Shown here in pieces: positions 11,187 through 23,674 of a DNA stretch of 64,000 nt (the first letter of the stretch is position 1; each line of letters opens with the position of its first letter). The stretch is from Somniosus microcephalus (taxonomy: Eukaryota). The notes under the pieces were generated by a model. That model was not told the origin of the DNA, did no database searches, and saw nothing but the letters and a program-made list of their open reading frames with translations. The DNA lies in NCBI GenBank assembly GCA_052327205.1, contig CM126227.1, positions 24,490,001-24,554,000 on the forward strand, in the 5' to 3' direction. Both the position numbers and the translations under genes were made by a program.

Positions 11187-14100
11187 TCGATCTGTCTGTC
11201 TGTCTGTCCTTCCGTCTGTCTGTCTGTCCGGCTATACACTGTAAAGTTATAGAGCATACCGACACCTGCGTTACATCAAAAGGAAGCTTACGATTCCAGA
11301 ACGGTCATAAGCATATTTACGTTTCGGCGAGGCAAAAATTGCACCCGCGGTATCCAAAAAAACGTTCAAAATTCCACTCATTATCCGCTCATTAGCATAG
11401 AGTGACGTTAAGGTCGACCAATCGTTCGGTCGAGCGACCCGATGGTCAACCAATCGCTGCGTGGCGGGGGCGGGTTGGTCGCGCGTGCGGGCGGGCCCTC
11501 CTAGAGTCGAGTGACAGGATGATTGACCAATCCTACGCTTCGGTGACATGACGGTCGACCAATGTGGGCGGGCCTTATCGTTCTGAAATGAGGTGAGTGG
11601 CCGCCATCTTGATTCCAAACTGTTCATTGCTTTTTCCCACTTTCTGCGTGTTTCTTTTCAAATCTACATTTCCAGCAAAAAATAAGTTGCTTTTAAAACA
11701 CAAATTGTTTTTTAAAAAAGTAAATTAATTTGTAAATCTTTTCTCTAACCTCTATAATTTTCCTACCTTTCACCGGTTTTCCAGGCCGCGAAGCCTGGGC
11801 CTCTGTTGCCCAGCCACGCCCGAGCTAGGCACCTCCCGTCGCGATCAACAAAAGGCCTGCGATCGCCGCCATCTTTGTGAAGGCTGGAGGGGGCGGGCCT
11901 GAGTCGAGCGTCACCACCGCCGCCATCTTAGTAAAGGCGGGCAGGGCGGGAGTCAGCGCGCGCGTCAACTTCTGCCCGGAGCGCAACTTGAGTCCGGCCG
12001 GGCCTCACGCGGTAGGTTGCGCGGCGGCGTCTCTCTCTCTGGTCTTGAAGCCGGCTTGGGCTGGGGGCGGGGGTCGGGAGTGCGGAGCTCGGGAGGGCGG
12101 GGATCGGGGGGGCAGGGCTCGGGGGGCGGGGCTAGGGAGAGCGCGAGCGTGGGGCTCGGGGGGGCGGGGCTCGGGGAGCCGGGGCTCGGGAGAGCATGAG
12201 CGTGGGGCTCGGGAGAGCGGGAGGGCGGGGCTCGGGAGAGCGGGGCTCGGGAGAGCGGGATCGCGGGGCTCAGGAGGCCGGTGCTCGGGAGGGCGGGGCT
12301 CGGGTGGCCGGGGCTCGGTAGGGCGGGGCTCGGGCTGAGCCATGTCAGTACGTGGGGTGGCACGGAGCTCCGCGGAGCCATCGCGGCAGAGGGGAAAGGG
12401 TCTGCTAGCTCCCCCCCTCCCTTTCTCCCCCCCTCCCTTTCTCCCCCCTCCCCCCTCCTTCCCCCCCCACAATCCCCTCCTTCCCCACACCCCCCCCACA
12501 CCCCCATCCCCTCCCCCCTCCCCCCTCGCCCCTCCNNNNNNNNNNNNNNNNNNNNNNNNNNNNNNNNNNNNNNNNNNNNNNNNNNNNNNNNNNNNNNNNN
12601 NNNNNNNNNNNNNNNNNNNNNNNNNNNNNNNNNNNNNNNNNNNNNNNNNNNNNNNNNNNNNNNNNNNNNNNNNNNNNNNNNNNNNNNNNNNNNNNNNNNN
12701 NNNNNNNNNNNNNNNNNNNNNNNNNNNNTTCCCCCCAGTCAAAGAAAGCTTACGATTACGGACCGGTCATAGGCATATTTACGTTTCGGCCAGACAAAAA
12801 TTGCGCCCGCGGTATCCAAAAAACGTTCAACATTCCGCTCATTAGCATCTCATTAGCGATAGAGTGACATCGAGGTCGACCAATCGTACGGCGGGTTCCT
12901 GGCGCGTGCGGCCGGGCCCTCCTACGGTCGAGTGACGGGACGATTGACCAATCCTACACTCCGGTGACCTGACGGTCGACCAATCGGTGCGTGTGTGGGC
13001 AGGCCTTATCGTTCTGAACCAAGGTGAGTGTCAGCCATCTTGATTCCATTCTTTTTCCCACTTTCTGCGTTTTTCTTTTCAAACCTACATTTCCAGCAAA
13101 AAAAAATTGCTTTTATTAAATTGTTTTAAAAAAAACTTAATTCTTTTGTAAACCTGAAGATTATTTTTCCTACCTTTCCCCATTTTTGTAAGGCCTCAAA
13201 GCCTGGGCCTTTCCTGCCCAGCCACGCCCGAGCTAGGTAATTGTCCCACGGCTTCTGCTAAGCTCCCCCCCCCAACCCCCAGCACGTTACCCGGGGCAAT
13301 GGCGTCAGCCACGAGGGTCACTGGACATAAACAGGACGCGGCGTCTCTCTCTGTTCCCCGCTCGGCTCGGGCGGGGGGGCGGGGCTCTCGGGAGTGCGGT
13401 CCTCGGGCGGGGCTTGGAGAGCGGGAAGGGTTACCCCGGCAACCGGGCCCGCCCGCCGTCTTGAAACCAGCTCGGGATGGCGGGAGTCAGCGCGCGCGCG
13501 TCAATTTCGGCCCGGACCGCAGCTAAGGTGAGTCCGGCCGGGACTCAACGCGCTAGCCCGCGCATCGGCCGGCCCTGAGGCGCTGATCCGCGGNNNNNNN
13601 NNNNNNNNNNNNNNNNNNNNNNNNNNNNNNNNNNNNNNNNNNNNNNNNNNNNNNNNNNNNNNNNNNNNNNNNNNNNNNNNNNNNNNNNNNNNNNNNNNNN
13701 NNNNNNNNNNNNNNNNNNNNNNNNNNNNNNNNNNNNNNNNNNNNNNNNNNNNNNNNNNNNNNNNNNNNNNNNNNNNNNNNNNNNNNNNNNNNNNNNNNNN
13801 NNNNNNNNNNNNNNNNNNNNNNNNNNNNNNNNNNNNNNNNNNNNNNNNNNNNNNNNNNNNNNNNNNNNNNNNNNNNNNNNNNNNNNNNNNNNNNNNNNNN
13901 NNNNNNNNNNNNNNNNNNNNNNNNNNNNNNNNNNNNNNNNNNNNNNNNNNNNNNNNNNNNNNNNNNNNNNNNNNNNNNNNNNNNNNNNNNNNNNNNNNNN
14001 NNNNNNNNNNNNNNNNNNNNNNNNNNNNNNNNNNNNNNNNNNNNNNNNNNNNNNNNNNNNNNNNNNNNNNNNNNNNNNNNNNNNNNNNNNNNNCTCCCTC

Positions 14101-15221
14101 CCCCTCCCCTCCCCCCATTCCCCGCCCCTCGCCCCCTCCCCTCCCCCACTCTCCCATCCCTCCCCCCTCCCCCGCCCCTCCCCCCCTCCCCCCTTCCTCC
14201 CCCCTCCCCCTTCCCCTTCCCCTTCCTCCCCCTTCCCCTTCCCCTTCCTCCCCCTTCCCCTTCCTCCCCCTTCCCCTTCCTCCCCTTCCCCTTCCTCCCC
14301 CTTTCCCTTCCTCTCCAGTCGCTCTCTCTCTTCCCCCCAGTCACTCTCTCTCTTCCCCCCAGTCGCTCTCTCTCTTCCCCCCAGTCTCTCGCTGTCTCTC
14401 TTCCCCCCAGTCTCTCGCTCTCTCTCTTCCCCCAGTCCTCTCGCTCTCTCTCTTCCCCCCAGCCTCTCGCTCTCTCTCTTCCCCCCAGTCTCTCGCTCTC
14501 TCTCTTACCCCCAGTCTCTCGCTCTCTCTTCCCCCCAGTCTCTCGCTCTCTCTCTTCCCCCCCAGTCGCTCTCTCTCTTCCCCCCAGTCACTCTCTCTCT
14601 TCCCCCCCAGTCGCTCTATCTCTTCCCCCCCAGTCGCGCTCTCTCTTCCCCCCAGTCGTTCTCTCTCTCCCCCCAGTCTCTCTCTCTCTTTCCCCCCAGT
14701 CGCTCTCTCTCTTCACCCCCCCAGTCGCTCTCTCTCTTCCCCCCACCCCAGTCGCTCTCTCTCTTCCCCCCCAGTCGCTCTCTCTCTTCCCCCCAGTCGC
14801 TCTCTCTCTTCCCCCCCAGTCACTCTCTCTCTTCCCACCCAGTCACTCTCTCTCTTCCCCCCAGTCGCTCTCTCTCTTCCCCCCCAGTCGCTCTCTCTCT
14901 TCCCCCCCAGTTGCTCGCTCTCTTCCCCCCAGTCGCTCGCTCTTTTCCCCCCAGCTGCTCTCTCTCTTCCCCCCAGTCGCTCTCTCTCTTCCCCCCAGTC
15001 GCTGTCTCTCTTCCCTGCTTCGCTCTCTCTCTTCCCCCCGTCGCTCTCTCTCTTCCCCCCAGTTGCTCTCTCTCTTCCCCCAGTCGCTCTCTCTCTTCCC
15101 CCCAGTCGCTCTCTCTCTTCCCCCCAGTCACTCTCTCTCTTCCCCCCAGTCGCTCTCTCTCTCTCTTCCAACAACAACATGCCCTCAAAAAAGCCTCGGC
15201 AACTCCAGGCACTTCAGCTAG
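11187..15221 (+). mobile_element. Non-autonomous Helitron cluster, at least two units (11187-12535 and about 12740-15221), broken by gaps
   Basis: Homologous to the complete copy at 16664-18342; 3' end hairpin gcctcggcaactccaggc followed by CTAG at 15218-15221. Confidence 0.8.
14094..15165. repeat. Polypyrimidine minisatellite, unit about CCCCCAGTCGCTCTCTCTCTT, inside the Helitron 3' region
   Basis: Directly visible tandem array; a related array (CCCCCACAGTCGCTCGCTCTCTT) lies at the same position in the 16664-18342 copy. Confidence 0.95.
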
Positions 15222-15879
15222 TATATATAAAACGGTCCATCTTTCCCTCTGTCTTTCCGTCTGTCTGTCCGGCTATACAATCAAAAGTTATAGAGCGTAC
15301 CTACACATATCTTATATCAAAAGAAAGCTTATCATTAGGGGACTCTCATAGGCATATTTACTTTTTGGTTACACAAAAATTGTTCGGACAGTATACAAAA
15401 ATCGTTCAAAAATCCTCAAAACTCCGCTCATTAGCGGTTGACCAATCCTACCTCTCATTAGCGTTGAGTGACGTGCTGCTTGACCAATCCTACAGTTCAG
15501 TGACCTGATGGTTCACCAATCGGTGCGTCATGGGCGGGACCTAATCATCCAGTCTCCTAAACTTCGCCGCCATTTTTTTCATCCCCACAGGGACAGCACC
15601 AGCCAAACTTACCTGCCGCCCCCACATTGCGACTCCGGGAGCGGCAGGTAAGTTTACACACAGCGGGCGGGTCCTCGGCAGCGGCTGGCCATTAACCATG
15701 CGATCTGCGCGAGAGCTCAGCTGGGGTCCGTCTCGGCCCCAGAGCCCGGCCGGGCCTGAAGCGCTAGGCCCCGCACTGCCGGTATCACAACGGCACCGGG
15801 CCTGACACAGGGGACAGACAAGGGCAGGGAGACCATGCGCCCCAAAATTGCCCTGGCAACGCTGGGCACCCCCGGCTAG
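15222..15879 (+). mobile_element. Short diverged non-autonomous Helitron
   Basis: 5' TATATATAAAACGG and GTCT microsatellite as in siblings; 3' hairpin gccctggcaacgctgggc then CTAG|T. Confidence 0.8.
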
Positions 15880-16663
15880 TTCTATTATATAAATGATGGA
15901 AAATATATTTTGTGATGTGTTCTCATCATTTGGGTCCTAATATAATACCTTTACCATATTTCGGTGGATGTATTGTACATGCGTCATCACTTCTGGTGGG
16001 CATTTTTGGAAGTGGCATAGACAGGCGGGCAGCCAATGGAATGATCCCCCTCCCCAATATTCATCTCCACCGCTGCAATCTGGCAGAGGAAAATCTGCCC
16101 TACGATGGCTAACCTTGCATAAAACAGTGTCATTAATCTGTGGTAACAGTGTGAAATGTACAAGTCAGTTCTATAGTTATTCCTGAGTACTTCATTAATA
16201 TTCCTTAAACTCACTGTATAGCACAAATGTTCCTTAGGGGGTGATTTTCCTTGGATGCCTGAGGCACTAAAGAGCCTCCAAGGTGGCTAAGCTGGGGTCT
16301 TGAGCTGAAATGCCAGTTTAGCTTGCATTTAGCGCAAGACGCCATCTTGGTAAAGGAGTTGAAGCATGTGCTAGGAACGGCTGCCCGGAGGATTGTTAAG
16401 GGGCTGATTATCACTTAAATTGCCTGCTGGCACTCATTTGGTGGTTAGCGCTTGACCTAACGCCCTCTCCTAACAGCAACCAGCTGATTGGGAGTAAACA
16501 CAGCGTTGCAGAGGATATCAAGCACTTCTTAAAGGTATATCACCTTTTAATGTTCACCGGTTGCTGGAGATGTGATGAGGACTTTTGAAACACATCGGGA
16601 GCCTTCCTGGGACATTTTGTCAAGACTACTATTTTCACCCTTTCACCAAAATAACACCCTTAA

Positions 16664-17624
16664 TCTATATATATATAAACGGATCGTTCTTTCTGTCTGT
16701 CCTTCTGTCTGTCCTTCTGTCTGTCCTTCTGTCTGTCCTTCTGTCTGTCCTCGGGTGTGCGTCTGTCCGGCTATGCGCTCGAAAGTTACAGAGCGTACCT
16801 ACGCGTGCGTTACGTCGAAAGAAAGCTCACCGTTCCAAAACGATGGTAAGCGTATTTACGTTTCGGCCAGACAAAAATTGCGCCCGCGGTATCCGAAAAA
16901 CCTTCAACATTCCGCTCATTATCCACTCATTACCATAGAGTGACATTGAGGTGGACCAATCGTATGGTCGACCAACCCGATGGTCGACCAATCAATGCGT
17001 GGCGGGGGCGGGTTCATCGCATGTGCAGCCGGGCCCTCCTAGAGTCGAGTGACAGGACGATTGACCAATCCTATGCTTCGGTGACATGACGATCGACCAA
17101 TCAGTGCATGTGTGGGCGGGCCTTATCGTTCTGAACTGAGGTGAGTGGCCGCCATCTTTATTCTCACCTTCTGTGTGTTTATTGTCTGGGTGGGGCCTAA
17201 TCCTTCAGAGACTATAAATACATTAGCTTAGCCTTCTTTCATCAACACTGGCCTGAGTACACGTGAGTCACTTGGAGCATTGAGAAGTGAGTGAAATTTC
17301 TGTTGTTTTGTTAGGAGCGATTTTTTTTTTAATGTGTAAAACGTAAAAACACAATGTCTAAAACGTTAAAACACAATGAAGATGGTGTCCCATCTTCTTA
17401 ACAGCCGTTTAAAAAAAAATAACTTTTGGTGTTTTCAGCAAGAATGCGCGTTCCTTCTCCGTGGCAGCTTTTTAAAAACATTAAAAAACTTTCAAGATGG
17501 CCTCCCATCTTCTTAACACCCGTTTTTGAAAAAAAATTTTTTTTGCTCTTTCGCTGTCCCCCTCAAAACACTCCTCCCCTCCTCCCACTCTTGCTCACTC
17601 TCTCCCCCCCCCTTCTCACTCTCT

Positions 17625-17671
<47 letters not shown>

Positions 17672-18342
17672 CCCCTCCCACCCCGGTGCTCCCCCCCTTC
17701 CATCCCTCGCCCCCCCTCTCCCTCGCCCCCCCTCTCCCTCGCCCCCCTCTCCCTCGCCCCCCTCTCCCTCGCCCCCCCTCTCCCTCGCCCCCCCCTCTCC
17801 CTCTCCCTCACCCCTTGCCCCTCTCCCTCGCCTCCCCCCCTCTCCCTCGCCCCCCCTCTCCCCCGGCCCCCCCCTCCCTTGCCCCCCCTCTCCCTCGCCC
17901 CCTCTCCCTCGCCCCCCCTCCCTCGCCCCCCCTCCCTCGCCCCCCTCTCCCTTGCCCCCCCCTCGCCCCCCCTCTCCCGCGCCCCCTCTCCTGCGCCCCC
18001 CTCCCGCGCCCCCGCTCTCCCTCGCCCCCTCTCTCCCTCGCTCTCCCTCGCCCCCCCTCTCCCTTGCTCCCCCCTCTCTCCTTCGCCCCCCTCTCTCCCT
18101 CGCTCTCTTCCCCCTCTCTCTCCCTCGCTCTCTTCCCCCTCTCTCCCTCACTCTCTTCCCCCCCACAGTCGCTCGCTCTCTTCCCCCCCACAGTCGCTCG
18201 CTCTCTTCCCCCCCCACAGTCGCTCGCTCTCTTCCCCCCCCACAGTCGCTCGCTCTCTTCCCCCCCCCCCCAGTCGCACTCTCTCTCTCTTCCAACAACA
18301 TGTCCTTGAAAAAGCCTCGGCACCGCCGGGCACTCCAGCTAG
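16664..18342 (+). mobile_element. Complete non-autonomous Helitron
   Basis: A|TCTATATATATATAAA 5' end; 3' hairpin gcctcggcaccgccgggc followed by CTAG|T; inserted between A and T with no TSD. Confidence 0.88.
16950..17160 (+). promoter_or_regulatory. Helitron-borne promoter-like cassette: CCAAT pairs, GC boxes, splice donor, YY1 motif
   Basis: CCAAT at 16956/16988 and 17065/17097; GGGGCGGG and GGGCGGG; GAG|GTGAGT at 17138-17146; GCCGCCATCTT at 17148; function inferred only. Confidence 0.45.
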
Positions 18343-18942
18343 TTTATCTATAAAGCAACCAAATAATTGAATCCTGACTTCATATTCAAAACTGTGTAAT
18401 TACAGATGTATTCTCAAATATAACAAAGACATAAGAACGTGTCAGGAGTAGGACAGTCTTTTGCTACAGTCACAAATGGCATAGATCTGCATTTCAAAGA
18501 TGATTCCACTACAGCAACAACTGAAACCTTTACCCCTACCCTATGCCATATCGTCTTTGGACCATTTAATAATGGCACCTCTCCTGAAGGTGCCGATCTA
18601 TGATGGGACACAGTTTCATCGCCGCCAGTTATCTTTACTGGAAAATTGGCAGAAACCCTGGAGAAATGGTGTAAACAGCCTTTTTTACCCACTTATGCCA
18701 TTTCTTTGAGAGTTCTGATGAAGATATGGCAGTAAATCGGGAGAATTCCCATATAAATTCCAGACCATGATGTTTAGATTGGAAAATGAGCTAGCAGACG
18801 TAGGTCCGGGTTTCTTCTCCTTTCTTGCAGATTAAGTCTAAATGGTGAATGAATGCTTTAGACACGTGTCAGATGATCAATAAAGACTAGAGTCACCTTA
18901 TGTGGTTGATCTTTTAAGACAGATTTCCTTTCCCAACACCTA

Positions 18943-21129
18943 GGGGCAGATTTTGCGGCGGGTATGACAGTATTCGCTGAGAGTACGCCGCCATACCACC
19001 TTTGAAATTGACCGTAAGTTCTGGATTTCTGCTTGTACATGTGCTAAATTCCGAACTTGTGATCAGCCAAGGTACGCCTTGACAGAACATCCACTCCACC
19101 TTGGAAATCCCAATTGCTGGCACAGAGTTGGGCTAATCGCCCACCAACTGCCCAGCAATTACATCTGGAAATGTAACGGTTAGCAAAAGCAGGCGCAGGA
19201 GCCTGTTTCATTGTGAAAGGGACCCATTTGAGTGCATCTGACAGGATTGTTAACCGTTCTGGTATCACTTCACAATAAAATACATGTACCTAGTGGCAAC
19301 ATTTAGAAACATTAAAAATATAAAATATGACAATTAATATTTAAAATTATCATTGTTTTCTGCATTCCAATTGTATGATCAAGAACTCGGCACTCGGCAC
19401 AGATCATTTATACTTCCTCCAAATGTATGAAATAAAACAATTTTGCTATTTAATTATTTTATATAATACCTTTAAAGCTGCCTCACAGCTGGTGTGCAGC
19501 GTGCATGGGGTATAATAAATCAAAAGGATCATTTCCAACGCCTTTCAGTGCTGTTGAATCGCAATCCGTCGTAATGGACCTTTGACAGGATATTAAATGC
19601 TAGACTTAAAAAAATAAAAAACTTACCTGATTTATATAAAATAAATCCGAACACATCCTTAATTTAAAAAGCCGGGATGTTTGAAGTACAGCATAGGTAA
19701 TTCTTTGGGCTAGCAAAACACTTGACAACGCTCTACAATGCTCCTTAGTGCAAATAAGAAAAGCAACATGTTTCTTAATATGAAATATAAATAACATAAT
19801 GCTTAGTACACTTCCCAAGTGATAGAAACAGTTTTAACCTCAATAGAAACAATTTATTTCACTTTAGTAAACGGCCAAAGGACAAGAATCTTTCCATTGA
19901 CCTCAAATTATCTTTTTAAACATTCAAGTGGAAAACAGGTGCCAAATTATTGTTGGTATTTTGTAACATAATTTTAACAAAATGCTGATATATGAAATAA
20001 GTCCAAGTGCCAGATTAATTAAAAGCTCTTAGAATGTTATTTCAATGGAAGAGACTGAAGGAAGTTTCTGTGGGCGCGGCTTAGTTTTGACAGATTTTGT
20101 GGGCGTGTCTTCCCTTACGCATCGGCTGTACGCTGCGCTCCTGGCCTTCGTGATGTAATACGCAGCGCACAACTCCGCAGCGCCAAAGAGCAAGGGCTGG
20201 ATTTTCATTGGGCCATGGAGTCGGGATTGGAGGTGTGTGGGGGGTTTAAAATCCCGAAATCGGAGGTCCGGACCCCATCGCACACCCAACCCGCCTCCAT
20301 GCCAGTTTCAAAGGAGGCGGGTACCCGCCCCGCACTGGGACCCGCCTCCCCAAGGCGGGAAGGGGATTAGTGCCAATTAACTGCCTGTTAACAGGTAGTT
20401 AACAGGCAGTTTTTAGCCTAATCCCTATTTTCATTGTTGAAATGTGGGATTCCCGATGGCTGCAAACCACGGCAAGTTAGCGAGGCGGGCCGTCGGAGTG
20501 AAGGGCTTGGAGGGTTCGAGATGTCCGGTGTTCTGGTGAGTGATGGGTGCATGAGTGCAGAGATAAGTGTGTTTGGTGTGTGTAAAGTGTTTAAAGAAGT
20601 TCTACTAACCTTTACTTACCTTTACAGCCTTCCTTCCTTCAGGTCTCGGGAGTCCCTCATCTCACCGGCACAGAAAGCAGAATGACCGCGATCTGTCAAA
20701 ATCTGCAGCCTCTGCTTTCTGTTCCGGGGAGATCTCTAAATCATCCTGAGAGGAAGGAATTAACCTGGAGTACAGATTGTCAGTATTTGACAAACAGCTG
20801 TGAAACGCTGATATTTCATCTGTCAAATGGTCTTGACAGATGAAATTTCAATCTGTGACGTCACCTGTTGCCAGGTGGCCCTTATTTGGCCTGCTGAGCC
20901 GCTGGGCGGGCTCAACAAGGTCAATCAAGTCTAAATTGTGTGGGTTGGCTACAACTCGATGGAGGCGGGACTACAACCCCAAAAGTTGTAGTCCCGCCTC
21001 CTACCCGCCTCCTCAATGAAAATCCAGCCCCAAGACTCCGTTCTGGGCCTCGCACAAGGTACATGCATATTCTTTTTGGAGGTCGGTGGTGTGCTCCATA
21101 GCTACGCTGTCGACCGCAATTTCTGGCCA
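18943..21129. mobile_element. Older Harbinger-type non-autonomous element with AT-rich interior
   Basis: Imperfect TIR ggggcagattttgcgg / ccgcaatttctggcca; TSD CTA. Confidence 0.55.
20194..21030. mobile_element. Nested Harbinger-type MITE
   Basis: Perfect 17-bp TIR gggctggattttcattg / caatgaaaatccagccc; TSD CAA. Confidence 0.88.
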
Positions 21130-21804
21130 CTAATATATCCTTTCATTATAACTATATTTGCTGGTTGCTTGAAATGTCGAACATTTGTGAATGTTTGAAA
21201 ATGATGCTGGGAATATTATGAATTCTATGAATAGGTATCCTTTTCTGAGAAAGGAAAAATGCTCCCTTGTTTTAGTTACTCCCTCCCTTAATCGTCTAAT
21301 ATTACAACTAAATTCCAGTTTATTCCTGCACTTTCTACTGTCCACGGGAGCTGATCACAGGGCATTTGAAAGCTGTGCTTGGCTTGAACTCATCAGGTTC
21401 GAGGTGAAGAATGGCACTCCAGCCGCCCCTGTCAGCTATTTTTCTTACTAAATAAATGGCACAAACATTCATTTATTTTCAACCTGCCCAGAATTTGATG
21501 GCAAGGCCATGTATTTCTGTAACTCTGTACTGTGCCAAAACATTAAAATATTAAAATAAGGAATTGGAAACAGGGCGCAAGTTGAATTCAATTGCTTTCA
21601 GCTCTGTGCTGCAATTGAATTCTCGTAGCTCATTGACTTTTGGGGGATTGAGTGGCAAAGTAAGCCAGACACAACCTTTTTGGCACCCTGCTAATGAAAC
21701 CATTAAACACTCATTTCACAAGTCTCGGGACTCCTTTGCGCTTGTAATTGAGTTACATATATGAAACAAATTTAATGTTTTTTAATTATTGTTACATATA
21801 ATAT

Positions 21805-23674
21805 AAAAGGGAATCCGAAGGTCTTCTATATGCATCTTAACAGTAAAAGGGTTGTCAGAGGAGCGCTGGGGCCGATTAGGGACCAAAATGGAGAACTATT
21901 GGTGGTGGTAGAAGGCATGGCTGAGCTACTAAATGAGCACTTTGCATCAGTGGACTTTGCCAAAGCTATGGTAAACGAGGAGGTTGCTGGGTTACTGGAT
22001 GAGATAAAAATAGATAAAGAGTAGGTACTAGACAGGCTGGTGGTAATTAAAGTGGATAAGTCATCCGGTCTGGATGGGATGCATCCTAGGTTGCTGAGGG
22101 AAGTAAGGGTTGAAATTGCAAAGGGGCTGGCCACAATCTTCCAATCCTCCTTAGATACTATCTATGTAACTGTATTCCCTCACCCCTGGAATCAGTCTAG
22201 TAAATCTATTCTGTACCCCGGTGAGAACTGGTGAATTGCAAATGTTATGCCCTTGTTCAAAAAGGAAAAACCTGGCAATTACAGTCCAGTCAATTTAGCG
22301 TCAGTGATGGGGAAGCTTTTAGAAATAATAATCCGGGAGAAAATTAACAGCCACCTGGACAAACATGGGCTAATAAAGAAGAGCCAGCATGGTTTTGTTA
22401 AGGACAAATTGCGTTTGACTAACTTGATTGAGTGATTTGATGAGATAACAGAGAGGGTGGATGAGGGCAGTGCAGTTGATGTTGTGTATATGGACTTTCA
22501 AAAGGCGTTTGATGAAGTGCTACTCACAAGGCTTGTTGGCCAAATTATTCCTATGGGATAAAAGGGGCAGTAGCAGCATGAATACAAAATTGGCTAAGGG
22601 ATTGAAAACAGAGCGTTGTGGTGAATGGCTGTTTTTCAGACTGGAGTGAGGTATACAGTGGCATTCCCCAAGTTTCAGTACTAGGACCACTGCAGCTTTT
22701 GATATACTTAGAAACATAGAAACATAGAAGATAGGAGCAGGAGTAGGCCATTCGGCCCCTCGAGCCTGCTCCGCCATTCAATGCGACCATGGCTGATCAT
22801 CCAAATTCAGTACCCTGTCCCTGCCTTCTCCCCATATCCCTTGATCCCTTTAGCCTTAAGAAATATATCTAACTCCTTCTTGAATATATTTAATGAATTG
22901 GCCTCCACTGCCTTCTGTGGTAGAGAATTCCACAGGTTCACCACTCTCTGGGTGAAAAAATTCCTCCTCATCTCTGTCCTAGATGGCTTACCCCTTATCT
23001 TTAGACTGTGACTCCGGTTCTGGACACCCAGCCATCGGGAACATCCTTCCTGCATCTAGTCTGTCTAGTCCTGTTAGAATTTTATAAGTTTCAATGAGAT
23101 CCCCTCTCATTCTTCTAAACTCCAGCGAGTATAAGCCCAATCGACCCAATCTCTCCTCATACGTCATTCCTGCCATACATTAATGACCTGACCTTAGGGG
23201 TACAGGGCACAATTTCAAAATGCGCAGATGACACACAACTTGGAAGTGTAGTAAACAGTGAGGAAGATAGTAATAGACTTCAAGAAGACATAGGCAGGTT
23301 GGTGGAATGGGCGGCCACATGGCAGATGAAATTCAACGCAGAGAATTGGGAGGTGATACATTTTGGCAGGAAGAATGAGGAGAGACCACACACACTAAAT
23401 GGTAAAATTTTAAAGGTGGTGCAAGAACAGAGAGACCTGGGGGTGTTTGTGCACAAATCTTTGAAGGTGGCAGGACAGGTGAAGAAAGCAGTTAATAAAG
23501 CATATGGGATCCTGGGTTTTATAAATAGAGGCACAGAGTACCAAGGCCAGGAAGTTATGCTAAACCTGTATAAAACACTAGTTCGGCCCCAGCTGGAGTA
23601 TTGTGTTCAATTCTGGGCACCACACTTTAGGAAGGATGTGAAGACTTTGGAGAGGGTACAGAATAGATTTACTA
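21805..23674 (+). mobile_element. Degraded CR1 ORF2 (RT) fragment
   Basis: Motifs KVDKSSGLDGMHPRLL, SQHGFVK, YMDFQKAFD, EWAATWQMKFN, LVRPQLEYCVQFW with stops and frameshifts. Confidence 0.9.
22708..23174 (-). mobile_element. Younger CR1 3' end nested in the older CR1
   Basis: YEERLGRLGLYSLEFRRMRGDLIE; (TTTCTATG)n tail; nearly identical to the 3' end of the CR1 at 30455; ATAC on both sides. Confidence 0.92.

Noticed and set aside
14340-15165. CRISPR-like or telomeric array
   Set aside because: No unique spacers and no TTAGGG; a simple minisatellite in eukaryotic DNA
11877-18370. Long Gly/Arg/Glu- or Pro/Ser/Leu-rich ORFs of up to 314 aa
   Set aside because: Translations of minisatellites and N gaps, open in many frames on both strands
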